DNA from: Antedon mediterranea
Taxonomy: Eukaryota; Animalia; Echinodermata
Length of the DNA stretch: 64,000 nucleotides
Reading direction: 5' to 3'
NCBI RefSeq assembly: GCF_964355755.1
Contig: NC_092677.1
Coordinates: 2,006,101-2,070,100, forward strand
Positions 1-13,983 of this stretch are shown piece by piece (position 1 is the first letter of the stretch; each line of letters opens with the position of its first letter). Below the pieces are notes generated by a model, which worked only from the letters and a program-made list of their open reading frames with translations, made no database searches and was not told the origin of the DNA. A program made the position numbers and the translations under genes.

Positions 1-3000
1 CAACTGCAGTTTACTTCCTTTAATTCTAATGGATAAACAAAAACAATACGATAATTGATGTGATGGCAATTAAACGAGTAATTCGAATTTGGAAAAGATA
101 AAGTGATGTAGTAAGAAGATAATGAAGATAACGAGGAAAGAATTAAATGAACTCTTCATGAGTTAAGATAATATGTTTAGAATAAAACGATGGACCATGG
201 ATGTTAAATTAGAATTTATACCTCCATGATCAAACGTGGATAAATGAAACAAAAGCCTCCACGTTGTGTTTTGTACTCCAAGATTATGTTAACGCTTCAC
301 TGCCAATGCAATTTTGTTAATTCCAGTCGACAATACCGTGTTATTATCAATAAAGATAATATTCAAGAGCGTGAGAATAATTTGAACAATTCCAAATATG
401 TAGTCTTTAAATGTTATAATTTTGTTCGTGATAGGCCTACTTCTTATATTATGTCCTATTATTAATTAATTTACTATTTATTATCACCACAACACCAACA
501 TTATTATTTTTATGTAGGAAGAATACAATATAATATTCATATAATATTCATATTTAAAGATAGAATATAATTTCATAATCGATATGAGACTCATAAAACT
601 GCAGTGAACATCAATTAAAAGTCTCAAACGTGTTCACGTATCACATTATGTAACGTCGACTTTATTGAATAGACTGGGGTACCCCTGGTTTCTATTATTT
701 TCATATACAATAGGCAACAAGTCAACGTGGTTTGAAAGTCAATAGAAAGCGAACGTAGTCCCATATGAATTACCTTTCGTTTTAAGCCTAAACAATCAGA
801 ATCGAATGTGTATTATGTAGCAAACATGTCCATTTATCGCTGCGGTACCCCAGAGAAAACCCCGTATCTTAATATTCTTTAAACCTGGCCTGTAGGCCTA
901 CAAGCCCTAAAATACGTAATTGAAGAAATAGTGGCTACCGTGAGATATATTTACAGTTATGTACCAGATAGGGCCTATTACTGAATTGAGTATCTACCAA
1001 GACCTCATGAAAAGTGTTACAAAATTCATGCTGGATTAAACAACCAAGGAGAGTACAATTTCACTCTCCCTGATTAAACTATAAACCATATAGTTTTCCC
1101 AATGAGCAAAGAATGAATTCTGACTTGACTGACAGTCGCCAACTATTTCACAAAAAATAACATAATGAATCCAGTGGCCAACAAGACATTAGTATGAATG
1201 TGACACGCCCAAATCCTGAAATCGTCACTCGACTTGTAATCGACCACCTTAACCTTCATTTAAATATAATATTTATCACTTAGTCATAATAATGAAAAAT
1301 TAATAATAAATATCAATAACTTATAGGAATATCATAATGACGTCATAACTACCATTGACACCTATGAAAATATGTTATTGATATTGTTGAGTTTACACGT
1401 GTGAGTGAAGATGTACCAAATTACGTAAGGTATGCAAATAATCCTCCTAATACCGGTACTATTATTGCAAACCGAACAACAATAGGCTAGAAATTGCTCA
1501 AATCTATATATATCGTATAGGCCTATGCCTACTATTTTGGATTTTTTTAAACCTGGAATCCGTGGATCTGTAGGCCTATATGCCTACGAACATTATATAG
1601 GCAATCTTTATTCTATTAAACGATTCGTATTCAATTCAAAAGCTGTCGACGCTGGGTTGTGAAATTCTGATAAACAATATCGGTATAAAAGGTTCCTCAT
1701 GGTATAGGCCTAATCAAGGCCAGCAGGAAGAATACATTATTTCTCTCACTATTGTATAGAGTGTCATTAATAAAAATGTGAAGTGAGGGAATTATAGATG
1801 GACAATGCAGGATTCTATCTATTGTTTTTAAAGCTCAATTTCTATCAATTAATTTGATACTTAGTAATTGCAATTTACACACCATTATCCTGGTGTTTTC
1901 CCTGACGAATCTATCCGGTAGTAAACGATTACCTTTAAGGCATGTTCAATTTTTGTCAACAAAATATTTCTAAATAGAATTTTGCTTGTAGTATTATTTA
2001 TTAATCTTTATTATAAATATTATTACTCAGATCTACAGTAAATCTAAACAGCTCGATCATCACAAAGGAAGCACACGTCGGTCTAATCCTTGTGGGCATT
2101 GTTTAACGTTTAGGCCTCCGCGACTGTCACGACGCACTTAAAAGCAATATAAAATTCATTTTATTAAATAACAATAATGTACTTCATTAAGACTTAAAGA
2201 GGCTAGGCTAGTGAAAAATTGATTTTTAACAATACCTACCTCCATGGTAATCAACAAACGCCACCGAAGCCGATCGTATCAATAGGATATCGGTTGTGAA
2301 TCGACAGGGCTAGAAATTATTGATGTGTAACTGGCTTGTTTACTCATCGACATCCCCACGAGTAATAACAAAGCGTACAATGAAAGGACTATACACAAAC
2401 GCCGCGTTGAACACTATAATAGCAGACCAGGGTGTGAGTTGGCATGCTAGTATAAACCCCACACAAATTACTATATCATAGCCAACACCACATTTAATGT
2501 TCCATTCACGTTCAAACCGTTATAACTGTATTATCAGCCATGTAGATCATCAGCGTCGATCTAGATATCAGTTGCATTAACAATATGAATTGGTTTGCTT
2601 GTTAATGTTTACATTGCCCGGTACAGTAGACAAATAATACACTACTTTTAACATCATTATTGTGACTTGAATCAATAGAAAAGAAATGTGAGACTTTAGG
2701 AATACTATAAAAACAATCTATTGTTAATGTATAATCAACATGAATGATAGACAAATAGTGTGTACTTGAAACGGAACGTAAAATTCAATTTTACCGGAGT
2801 GTTCCGCACCGGTTTAAAAAAAAAGATTCACGTATACGGTATAGTCCTAGTCTAGGTACGTCCTACACGGAGTGCGATTCGGCGTAATAATGGTAAAAAG
2901 ATCAACATTTTGGCACATATGGCGTGCCATATGCATTGAGATGTTACGGACAAGAATCAAAGGAATACAAAAACATTTAAAAAATACAATAACTACTAGA

Positions 3001-4636
3001 GACTTAAGGCAAGTTTAGCAAATACTAGCATACCAATGTTACTCTCGGATTTACCTAACATTTTTAATTTTCTGCTCCCTTTATACGCGATGTTGTAAAC
3101 TATTCATAAACCATTGATGGCGCTGTTATGAATTTACTTTATATCATAACTTACTGTATCAAACTCGAGCAAATATGCCTACAAGTACAAGTACAAGTGG
3201 TAATGCGACCATTCGTATCGCGTACTCAAATTCTATCTAACATGGACTTTGGTCCGTTGCCGTTAAACAACTATTGTACTTAAAACAAAGAAGTATGTCC
3301 AGAGATAATGAACGCATATTTAATATTTTTATTATGTCACATCTTTTTATTTATAATATATCACAAATATCATTCCGACAGAGGTAGTTACACTACAACT
3401 TACAAGAAAATGGATTGTTACAAAATAAACACACAAAAAACAAAGCTGAGTCGTCACAGATACATTTGAAAAACAGTTATTTCTAACCCATCATCGAACG
3501 GTCAACAAACAACTGAAAAAGCAAAAAAACAAAAACAACAAAAAACGGTAAAATTAACGAAAATAGTAGACAAATTATGAAGAGACGTGTGCAAATCATT
3601 TTCTCCTCGCGAGTGACGACACGTTAGTTCTTACAAGAACTACAACATTCGAGTTTTATCAAAGTTCACTCGACATATACACAACATCACACGTATTTTA
3701 CTGTACCCTTTACATGTCAGAGTATAAATAAAGTTTTTGAATTAAATGAAATATCCAATTTTAGAGTAATAATAATAATGATTGTAATGATATATTGTGT
3801 TAATTGATAATGACGTCACTCGAGTAACTTTTGTCCCCAACATTGATGCGACAAATATAAACATAAGCGACAAATGAAAAGTGACGTTTCGTGAGTATCT
3901 CGAACGTGATGAAAGCGTAAACGTTCAACTTACGGATATCACCAATCAGCAGGTTGGCTTACATTGTGTTGTACAATTATTTGTTATTCAACCCAAATGA
4001 AATTTCTACTATTTTTTTACTAGGCCTAATTTAAATGTCTCTATTAGACAGCTTCATAAAATTCGATTCTTGGGACGAAAAAGGCTAAATAGGCTATTTA
4101 GGCCAAATAGGCTAAATAATATATCAGTATTATTATAATCTAGTATAAGTAGTTGACAAAGGAAACGAGTTGCTTAGTATAGTATACAATTATAAAATGT
4201 ATATAAATAAATAAAAAATGATTGCACAAAACCCATGTATACAGTCCGTTGTACACAAACAACAATAAATATTAGGCCTAGTTAGACTTATTTATATATT
4301 AACAAATCTTGTTTTCAATAATATTAAATGCTATTTCATTTGTTCTTGTGCTCTTAAATTGGTATGGAAGGCCACAGAAGCCAAAAATATTGAAGTACTT
4401 TGTAGCACGTCATTACGCAATGAGCGACCGGAATGTAGGCCTACCATTATCATACGACGGATGTTCAATAATCATGACCACTCGTTGGAAGAACCTTTTA
4501 AGGAAGGAACGAAATCATTGTTTAACCAGTTATATAACAGTTTTTTTATGCCTTTAAACGCTGAAAAAAAAAGACAACATTCAATGGCATTTATTCCGTT
4601 CTTTCGAAGACAATTCGAACTTGTAATATGTTGCTC

Positions 4637-4978
4637 TTACTGCATATCTAGCACGTGATTTAAATAAGATATATAACATATTGCTAATCTTAAAATCTCA
4701 ATCTTCGACAGTTTTTTGTCTGGCGGTAACGTTGGCAGTAACGTACGTAAATCTCCAAAAGCTACGTTAAACGCTTCTACACGTATACGTTCACGCGTCG
4801 CATGCGCAGTGCGATACTTGGCTGTGGACCTACGTCTTCGGCGTCGTTCTTCCCTCGACAACGCGAGATGGTCACTGCGGCATTTTGATGTGTTTTTATT
4901 CTCGTTCTGTTCAGGTCGTCCGGTGACGTCATCTGGTACCTCCTCCTTCACCACGTTTGGTAGGATCATACTGGGCAT
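4637..4978 (-). CDS. NHLH1: NHLH/HEN/NSCL-family bHLH transcription factor (113 aa, single coding exon)
   Basis: The C-terminal [72 protein letters not shown] is the diagnostic HEN1/HEN2 basic region plus HLH ending at the C-terminus. A likely splice acceptor (ttctaacag) lies at 5019-5020 in the 5'UTR. It is probably co-orthologous to both NHLH1 and NHLH2. Confidence 0.95.
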   Translation of the reverse strand: MPSMILPNVVKEEVPDDVTGRPEQNENKNTSKCRSDHLALSREERRRRRRSTAKYRTAHATRERIRVEAFNVAFGDLRTLLPTLPPDKKLSKIEILRLAICYISYLNHVLDMQ

Positions 4979-6399
4979 TGTAATGATTTCTTTAGTTAAA
5001 GTACACCGTTTTGAATCACTGTTAGAATAAATAAAACATGAGGTTATTTATGCAAATTTACATTTACAAGACAGGTAGGATTCCCGTACTTGAAAGAGTA
5101 TCGGTAAAATAGTGCTGAGTAGGCCTACTGTTATGCATTGAGGTGAAATTACATAAATGTGAAATTGGAAGTCTTCAATTAAGCCTTAACATAGTTAAAA
5201 GAAACAGTATTATTATACACAGTAGGCATGTGTAAACACGTATTTGTATAGATAACCCCAAGTAGTTTAAAGGGACACATTCGGGTTCAAACAAAGTATC
5301 CCCGTAATATCTGGAATAGAGGTGTTTCCTGAATAGGGGTGGTGTCCCCTGAATAGGATTGTCAAAAAGGAGGAGGCTCACTGTTGACCTTTATAACAAA
5401 CAATGCTATGATTCTCTGCTTAATAAAATGTATTAAAATAAGACCAAACTGGGTACATAGTCTACGTAAATTTAACATTTGACTTTGCCAAATTAAATGA
5501 TTTAGTAGTTTTACCGCGATTTTCTAATCAAAAGCGCTCACACATTTCATCATTATTAAGACTACAATAAGAATTCTAATTGGCGCTGTTTTGCCCCGGA
5601 GAGATAATTTAAGGTCGTTTGTCATTGTTTGTACTTTCTCGGTACAACATTCGATCCTAATTAATTTCGGTTAATTTTCCTAATTATCATGCAAGTAAAC
5701 TTATAAATATAATCCGAGATTGTAAAATCCATGAATTGTTAGGTAAGACCTCAAGTGACACACTAAAGCTTGGCTGCCACTATTACGTAACGTAGACGCA
5801 CGCGCACACGCAACACACACATTGTTGGTATACTGTATTACACTACCACTAAGATTTGGATACATAGTAAAAATAACATTGCCTATTTACACGGGATTTT
5901 TTTTTTCAGGGTTAGCTATTTTTCTTTAAAAACTGAAAATGATTAGTTGGGCATTGGCTATGTGTGTGTTCTTCACTACGTAAATTTTGAACACCGAATA
6001 AAATGATTATACTGAATGAATACTGAGACAATTGACAATAAACGAGAGACATAATCGTTTGTATCATCACAGGTACATTAGATGTGTAAAAGAAATATAA
6101 GAGTAAGAAAAGTAGACCTCAAACGAAAAAACGAAACATAGTATGTCATGTTTATTTCACAATTCACATTTACAACAACAACTATTAGTAAATGCATCTA
6201 CATGTAAATACATACAACATACAATTATGCACAAAAAAAGTAAAAACATTGGTCGCCCACGACCGGTTGGGACCTCAGACCTATATAAAACAAATAAAAA
6301 AAAAACATGTAACCTATATTAAAAGTACATCTATTGGGGTACATCGACTTCCCGTCGGAGTAGAATAACTGTATTAATAAAACATCAATATTTTCTCAC

Positions 6400-6625
6400 C
6401 TTACTGTATCCATTATATTAAATTCTTAAACACGATGTAGCCCTATACAAATGGAACCTTTCGAGAAGACGAATGCCAACAAGCAACTGTTTATACCGCA
6501 AGCAAACGCCGGCGTTTTATAAGTTAACAACTAGTACTAATTAACAGACACAACCCTTGATGAATAAGAACATGCCGCACCTGATGCCATGCCCTTCACA
6601 TACGTCAAGCACTTTCACGTGTAAT
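6400..6625 (-). promoter_or_regulatory. Putative proximal promoter and non-coding first exon of the NHLH gene
   Basis: On the minus strand: TATAAAA at about 6515-6521, E-boxes CAGGTG (6578) and CACGTG (6616), and a strong donor AAG|GTGAGA at about 6400 that would splice to the acceptor at 5018. Inferred from motifs only. Confidence 0.45.
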
Positions 6626-6964
6626 TTTATCAATTGGATAGTTAGTAAAGAGTGATGTGTTTGTTGGCACTATAACGCATTCCGTGTACTAACTGTGATT
6701 AGTTATTTTTGGTATCATTTGCTCCTCCTTCGTGACGTAATATGCAGTCAAACGTGAACGTTAATTGACACAACTTGGATTGTCAGTCGGTCGGTTGGTC
6801 CCATGGTTTGCTAAGCATCTTACTCTTCTCATTCCAAACGTTTATTTCCTAACCAGAGGAACATAGTCATCATCGAGTACCGTAACATTACTGTTTACTG
6901 CCATTTATAATATAGGCTACAATTACACATTATTATTATATCAGGGGAATCTTTCAAAACATAA

Positions 6965-7118
6965 AGCTCTGTCTACACCAAACTTTATGCGACAAAAAAT
7001 ATGATGTGCCCATATGGACATAATGATATCATACCACTACTATATTTGGGTAAATACTACCATATTGGGCACATCACACTTTTTTTTGTCAAAATATTTT
7101 GATAGTGTAGACAGAGCT
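6965..7118. mobile_element. Harbinger-type MITE (about 154 bp hairpin)
   Basis: TIR AGCTCTGTCTACAC...GTGTAGACAGAGCT with further internal inverted symmetry; flanks TAA/TTA. Confidence 0.7.
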
Positions 7119-7383
7119 TTAGGCGTATTACATTTTATGTTGATAAAATATTGGTGAACTATTATAAATGCATCCTCCTCAAAACGCATGGTTTGCAAGA
7201 CAATGGCATTACAATTCAACAAACATTTTGAGGATTGATGGTGCTATAACCGTTATACTGCCAATATGCCTACAGCAGTCTAACACGAAGGAGGAATATT
7301 CAGTATTACATTCATTTAACCGGTGATTTCATTTACGTTTTACAAGAAACAGAGTGAAATTTATTGTAATTGGTTTTACTTAA

Positions 7384-7652
7384 AGCCTGGTTTCCATTAA
7401 AACCGCTACAGCGTTTTCATTAAAATCGCTACACGCGCAGATGTCGCCGACGCAATCGGGAAGGTTCCCCGATTCATCGCAGTCAAATCGGCAAAGTTCA
7501 ACCATGTTCAACTTTGCCGATTTTGTCGGCGATGAATCGTAATACGCGTACCAAAGAATATTTAGCACTCGCGTACTAGATCCCCGATAAATTCTAGCGT
7601 TTCCATAGAATCGCTACGCTCTGTCGTGTAGCGATTTTATGGAAACCAAGCT
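7384..7652. mobile_element. Harbinger-type MITE (269 bp)
   Basis: TIR AGCCTGGTTTCCATTAAAACCGCTAC / GTAGCGATTTTATGGAAACCAAGCT with a TAA TSD (7381-7383 and 7653-7655). Confidence 0.75.
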
Positions 7653-8989
7653 TAAACTGTAGGCGCCTACACACTTCTCTGTAGTCGCTTCAGAAGAAAG
7701 CTCCAAGCCTGCTTCTTGTCTGTTTACCGTGACAGATGGGTTAAGTAAGCTGGTAATCTTCAAAGATGATAACATACATCATTAGGCCTACGATTGACAA
7801 GTGTAATGTTAACATATGGATTTGAAGATGTCAATTGACGGTGCCACCACGAAAACACACACGCGAACAAATTCAGTGTTATTCATTCATTATTTTAGAA
7901 TTTTTCGCTTCAAATTCTTGTTCTTTTTTTTGTGATTTCGAATCATTAAGACATGGGCAGTTAGACGATAGGCTATAAATTATAGACAAAAATAAACGAA
8001 TTTACGTCTAGCGCGGCAAAAAAGAACTTGGGGGAAAAATCTTCATGTACAATAAGGTACTAAGTAAATTAGAAATTGATAATAATAGTTTATAATTAAC
8101 TACTATTATTTATAAAATATTCTTTAAATTAGTTGTGACAAGAATACCAAAATAATAAGAGTCTTCAACTATTTCACCACATGTTTCTACAAAAACGGTT
8201 AAATATAAATAATAATTTTCTATAAATACTTATTTAATAAAATATTATTTAAATTAGTATATAATAAGCTGTTGTAACAAAGAAGGCTTAACAAATCAAT
8301 ATGATTCTTAAACAAATGTGTCTACGAAAACGGTTAAATATAAATAATTCTAAAATAGTTTTTTTGTTGAATATGCCATTTTTAATGTCACTTAATACGA
8401 TAGTTACTCACTTTGACAAAAAATTTGGTCCAAAAACAAATTTGACATGAAAAACTATAACATAAAGCAGAACAATCGTCAAATTGTCTGTCAGACAATG
8501 CATGGTTTTTAGTAAAATGTAACAGTTTATTTTGGTTTTTTTTATAAGTGAAATAACTATTTTTGCAAATTTTGTCTACGAAGTGAATAACTAGGTGAAT
8601 AAACTATTACAACTGTTAAATGTCTAATTGTATTCATGTTGATTTGTCAAGTTTTTGGGGGACAACACATCTTGAACACAAATATTATTTTACAATATAT
8701 TTCCCAAACGTTGATGAATATTAAAACAAATGCATAAGTAGATTCGCTAATTATTAAATGTAAGCTCGCTGTGCTGTTTTGTATCGTGACCCTCATTATG
8801 CATTCCCTCCCGCGGCTGAGATTTACAAGACATGGTAGGCCTACTCAGGCCTAATGCACATCTGTTAACAAGAAAAGATACGGTAACTTGTAAATTTAGT
8901 TTATGAATTGTAACTTGCTGTAGGTTTGATTGTTTTAATTGGACTTTTATTAAAATTGTAGGCCTATTGGATTACGAATGGAAATGACC

Positions 8990-9085
8990 ATGATGAATAG
9001 ATGAATAAATGGATGAATGAATGAATGAATGAATGGAAATGAATGAATGAATGGAAATGAATGAATGGAAATGAATGACTGAATG
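8990..9085. repeat. (GAAT)n/(GAAAT) microsatellite
   Basis: Direct reading of tandem GAAT units. Confidence 0.85.
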
Positions 9086-9561
9086 ATGTTGATGGTACGT
9101 ACGGACCTGGTGCTTTGGTGTTTTCGATGAGTACAGAGTGGGGTAACATTCTATTGCCCCTTTCACACTTACGTAACGAACTTAGTATCCGGGTCTAATG
9201 ATGATGTTATCAATATTAGATCTGCTGTTGATAAAGATCATGTTGCCGATGATAATATTAATAATGATGTCATCATCATGACAGAATGGATTGATTTTTG
9301 TTGATCGATTTACTTGTAAAAATGCTAAAAATAATGGGTGTTACTGAGCCTATATACTAGAATTATTAACAAGATTGCCATCATCACATTCGCTGTTTAT
9401 GTACATTTGTTAGTTTCGGCTTATTATTATACAAGGTCTCCAACCAACCTTCTATTCTTCAGTGTAGTCTAGTCTATGCTGCATTTATAACAGTGCTGTC
9501 TGCTTGATTTTTAGTATTTCCTATTAAAATACATAGTTACTGGTATGTCTATCTTTAGACT

Positions 9562-9697
9562 TGGCAATACATGAACGGCAAGCGAGACGTATGCAACATA
9601 ACATGCTGGCAATACATGAACGGCAAGTGAGACGTATGCAATATAACATTCTGGCAATACATGAACGGCAAGCGAGACGTATGCAATATTACATGCT
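9562..9697. repeat. 45-bp tandem repeat, 3 copies
   Basis: TGGCAATACATGAACGGCAAG... recurs at 9562, 9607 and 9652. Confidence 0.9.
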
Positions 9698-11232
9698 ACC
9701 GAGTCTTGTCGCGACACTGGCCTATAACTATGTTTTCTTATTGTTGTCTACTAGCATCTTTAACCACAATGTGTGCGCTTATCATTTTTACCATTGTTTC
9801 ATAATGTGCGTTATGTTCTTGTTTAATTTTATAATCCTGAGTAGGCCTATTATTTGTTACGAAACGTTGTATTCATTGGATTGGGCAAGGGGGTCAGGCC
9901 ATACTTAATTAATACACAACCGTAGGCCTACAGTAACTTAAGTGTGAACGAAATATGAATTGTTATTAAAAATCTACCACTAAAAATTGAACCTACCTTC
10001 AAGTGCGCAAGATGTGTGTATCTATAAGTATCGTACTTAGCGACTGGACGAGTTAGGCTCACTTCCCACAGACGATCGACATATCCGGAAAAAGGTGTGT
10101 TTTGATGCTACAGATAAAATAATTAGAAAGAAAACAACTTAATTGACACTCCTCATAAATGTCCTCTAAATAAATACGAACAGAATAACGAAATTAAGCT
10201 TACCTTCCAAAATACGAAAACTGATGTTTGACGCGACGACTGCTCGGTAACTTTAGTCAGTTGTTACGTTCTACTCAGCAGCAGATGTCAAAAATGAATA
10301 TGATGATTTCTGTTATTTCAAAGGTCTAACAGTAACGGATTTACCCGGTCTGTAAGCGCGTTTTATGTCCTGTGTGTAAATGAATATTTCGTGTTTCCAT
10401 GTGAGCCTAGTACTTCAGTTCGACACAGCGTTTCTAATATTTCGTAAATGCAAGTACTTTAGCATTATACATTAGTTGTCTTCTTACCGTAATATATTTA
10501 AATGGTGATTGGCTTTACGTCTCGGGAGATGTTATCTTACGTTCAATTTAACCTGCGAGATATCATTAGTATACTAAAACAATAAGATGATTGGCTGAGT
10601 GTTTATCTCAATGCGCATGCGTAAAGCCATCTGTGCGTATTGCGTTCCACTTGAACGCGTTGTAAGGAATATAATATACATCTTAAAACAAAGAACTGAC
10701 TCGAGTTACATTAAGATCGGATTAACACAGTAAGACAAGTAATTACTGCATATGTTACGGAATTATCAACTTATGCGTTTGTTAAATCAGTGAGGTTAAA
10801 TAGTTAACGATTTCTCGACTCGCGTAATACACGAAAGTTCAAACGGAACCATCGGTTGTCTAAACCCCAAATAAAGGCCAATAATATTTATCTCAATTTA
10901 ACAAAATGTGATTTTATATTTTCGAATTCACTATTACTGTATTATTATCATTATGTTAAGTCATGGAGGTATATATATCCATGGTAGGCCTAACATACAT
11001 ATTGGGTATCTGTTTTTCTTTTTTTAATAATTCTCCGATTCGGCTGCACTGTCTCTCTCTAGTTACAATTTAAAGATACCGAATTAAAGCTTAACATTTA
11101 CTTGTGGAAGTTTCTCTGGAATCTGTGCAAAAAATACAATTGTTATCAATATAAAATAATAGGCCTAACAAAATAAGTATAATAGACGATACATTACAGA
11201 GTATACTTTTATTAAACCATCTATCAAATCTA

Positions 11233-11532
11233 GATACAATATTCAAACATGATTATTCAGGGTGTTAGTTTGTACCACAATGGATACAATATTCGAACAT
11301 GATTATTCAAGGTGTTAGTTTGTACCACAATGGATACAATATTCAAACATGATTATTCAGGGTGTTAGTTTGTACCACAATGGATACAATATTCGAACAT
11401 GATTATTCAGGGTGTTAGTTTGTACCACAATGGATACAATATTCGAACATGATTATTCAGGGTGTTAGTTTGTACCACAATGGATACAATATTCAAACAT
11501 GATTATTCAGGGTGTTAGTTTGTACCACAATG
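11233..11532. repeat. 50-bp tandem repeat, 6 copies
   Basis: Unit GATACAATATTC(A/G)AACATGATTATTCAGGGTGTTAGTTTGTACCACAATG with period 50. Confidence 0.95.
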
Positions 11533-13800
11533 CCAAGTACATTATTTTCATTTCCATCATTCAACAAGTACCATTTTACTGATATTGTTTAAATTAAGCC
11601 TCTGTTTTTATTTTTTTTATTTTACTAATTGCAACTACACATATGGATAGGCCTAGCCGCCTATTATAAGAGAACAATATTTCAGAAGTCAACTGATACA
11701 GTATCCATTAATGACGGCTGTGTCTTCAGAAAAAGACGGATACAAGAACAGTGGTTTGTAGTAACAAAGTAAAATTCTTAATTAAAATGTTAAATAGAGT
11801 TTCTAAAAACTGTAAGGCACGCTTTTGTACTGTTGTTCGTTACACCAGCGTGTCATCCGGGTTATTTCATTTACTGTCAAAAAGTGAACTTTTTTGCACA
11901 AAATCATGTTCTCTTATATTTCATACTAGGCCTAATACTAATATAATAATAATATAAAGAAAACTAAATCTATAAAATCGGACAAAGTACAAAACAGACA
12001 TTATACATGGTGCAATGACAATAAACCTTATACATATTCTATTTAAAATTAAGCTTATATTAAGCGTTTTAATGAAATGAATTGCTACCGTATACTACAG
12101 GACTTATTGAAAGAATAACAACAATAATAGCCTACATACACATTTTCAGAAGAAACATTTTGGCAGTGCAAAACATTCGCAGTACATGGTATGAAATCTA
12201 AGATATTCTATTATCAATTTTAATCATACATTTTTAGCATACCATCACATTGTACGTAGAAGAGCCTTTTCATAAAAAAAACTTTATTGTGCCGAAATCC
12301 ATTTTACCTTATTGAGTGTGCCAGAAGTGTCAAAGAGGTCAGAGGTCACTGTCGGCACAAGGCGGCGTGCCACATCAACAAAGCATAGACTTACAAATAG
12401 AAACATTAATCAATATAAATAATAATTAATATTAATTAGGAGGCACAATGTAAATCAGGCACTTTCAAGTTTTTAACAGTGGACCTAGTCCGACTTCTTC
12501 AAATTTACCGCAAATGAGACAACTCGCACTGTATGCATGGAGTAAAGAATAATAATTATTCTTTAGCCTACTCCATGCTGTATGATAAGGGAGGTATAAA
12601 AATAAGCCTAACCCTAACCTTTATTTTTATACCTCCCCGGTATGATAATGTCAAACGTTACCAGAAGGTTTACAAAGGCATCACTTTGTTTTTCATTATC
12701 TAACATAATGTGTCTTAATTCAAGAGTGTCGTGCTCTTTGTCTCATCCTATCCTATCCCATTACATACCGTCTGCCCAGCTATTTTACTAATCTTGGTTT
12801 TGTTCTTAGATTCTAATCATGTAAAGTACGATATAGAGTGATTGGCAATCTGTCAGCTTATTTTGTTTATTAATTATATCGATGCCAATCAGGGATGACA
12901 TTTTTGTACTTTTACAATAATTATATAAATCAAATTATTTTATTACAAAAATAAAAAACGTTTGTAAAATACAGTATTAAAATTAGTACTTTACATACAG
13001 GCAGTTACAAAATGTGCACCTTATAAAAGCACACAAGATTAGTAGCAACATGTTACCAATCTTCCACAAACTTAGTAAATAAAATACTGTTTTAGTTTGA
13101 AGAAAATATATATACTGTATATACTATCCACATAAACAGTTTTACATTCTACTCTCAGTTGGTAATTTACAAGCGTCTTTTTCATTTATTTCTATTTGGC
13201 TCTACATCTTGCATAAAACTTTCGTTTACATGATCTGTTTTAAATTCACCACTAGTTATATATGTATATCTAAAATAGAATAGAATTTCTTCTATGCCGG
13301 TAAATTAGGCATAAATTAAAAATATTATTATAAATTATAAATCTTAAATCTATAAATATTTTATTAGAATCTACACAATCTATAAAAGAGTTTTGATAAA
13401 ACATTACTTTATTTGGTGAGGAGTAGCTTTATCTAATTTAATGATAGTATTCGATGAGACATTAAATTAAGTTGCATTTCTGTGTACAAATTGCATTCTT
13501 GTAAAAACACTATTACAAAACAAACGTTTCTGCATAGACAGAGTTGTGTAAACATTATTGTTAATATACCTACTGCATATGTTTTACAATTTCTTCAGAA
13601 TAAGGATATATGTCAGAGAGTTAGTCAGTTATGTTATCTTTTTAAAAATCTGAACAATACCTCTCAATAAAATGAAAAACTAGTTATTCCCAATTACATT
13701 AATTATGTGTAGAAATCTTAATCGTTAGAAAAAAACACAGCATCTAAAAAAGTAAACATTTAAAGTACTGTAATATAGTTAGAGATGTAAGCACTAACTC

Positions 13801-13896
13801 GACCCTAACTACAGTGTCTATTGACCCTAACTACAGTGTCTATTGACCCTAACTACAGTGTCTATTGACCCTAACTACAGTGTCTATTGACCCTAA
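13801..13896. repeat. 22-bp tandem repeat, about 4 copies
   Basis: GACCCTAACTACAGTGTCTATT repeated. Confidence 0.9.
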
Positions 13897-13983
13897 TTCA
13901 TAACAAATGAACATATTTTTTCAACAAAAACAAAACTTTCATTATTTGTAACAGTTACATATAGAACAATTAGATATTATAAA

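Noticed and set aside
4309-5030. Plus-strand ORFs overlapping NHLH
   Set aside because: Antisense shadows of the bHLH CDS and 3'UTR with no recognisable protein features.
9511-9908. ORFs with repeated peptides
   Set aside because: They arise from the 45-bp tandem repeat; no supporting gene structure.
12608-12620. Telomeric (CCCTAA) repeat
   Set aside because: Only about two units, inside a hairpin loop; the CCCTAA at 13801 is part of a 22-bp minisatellite.
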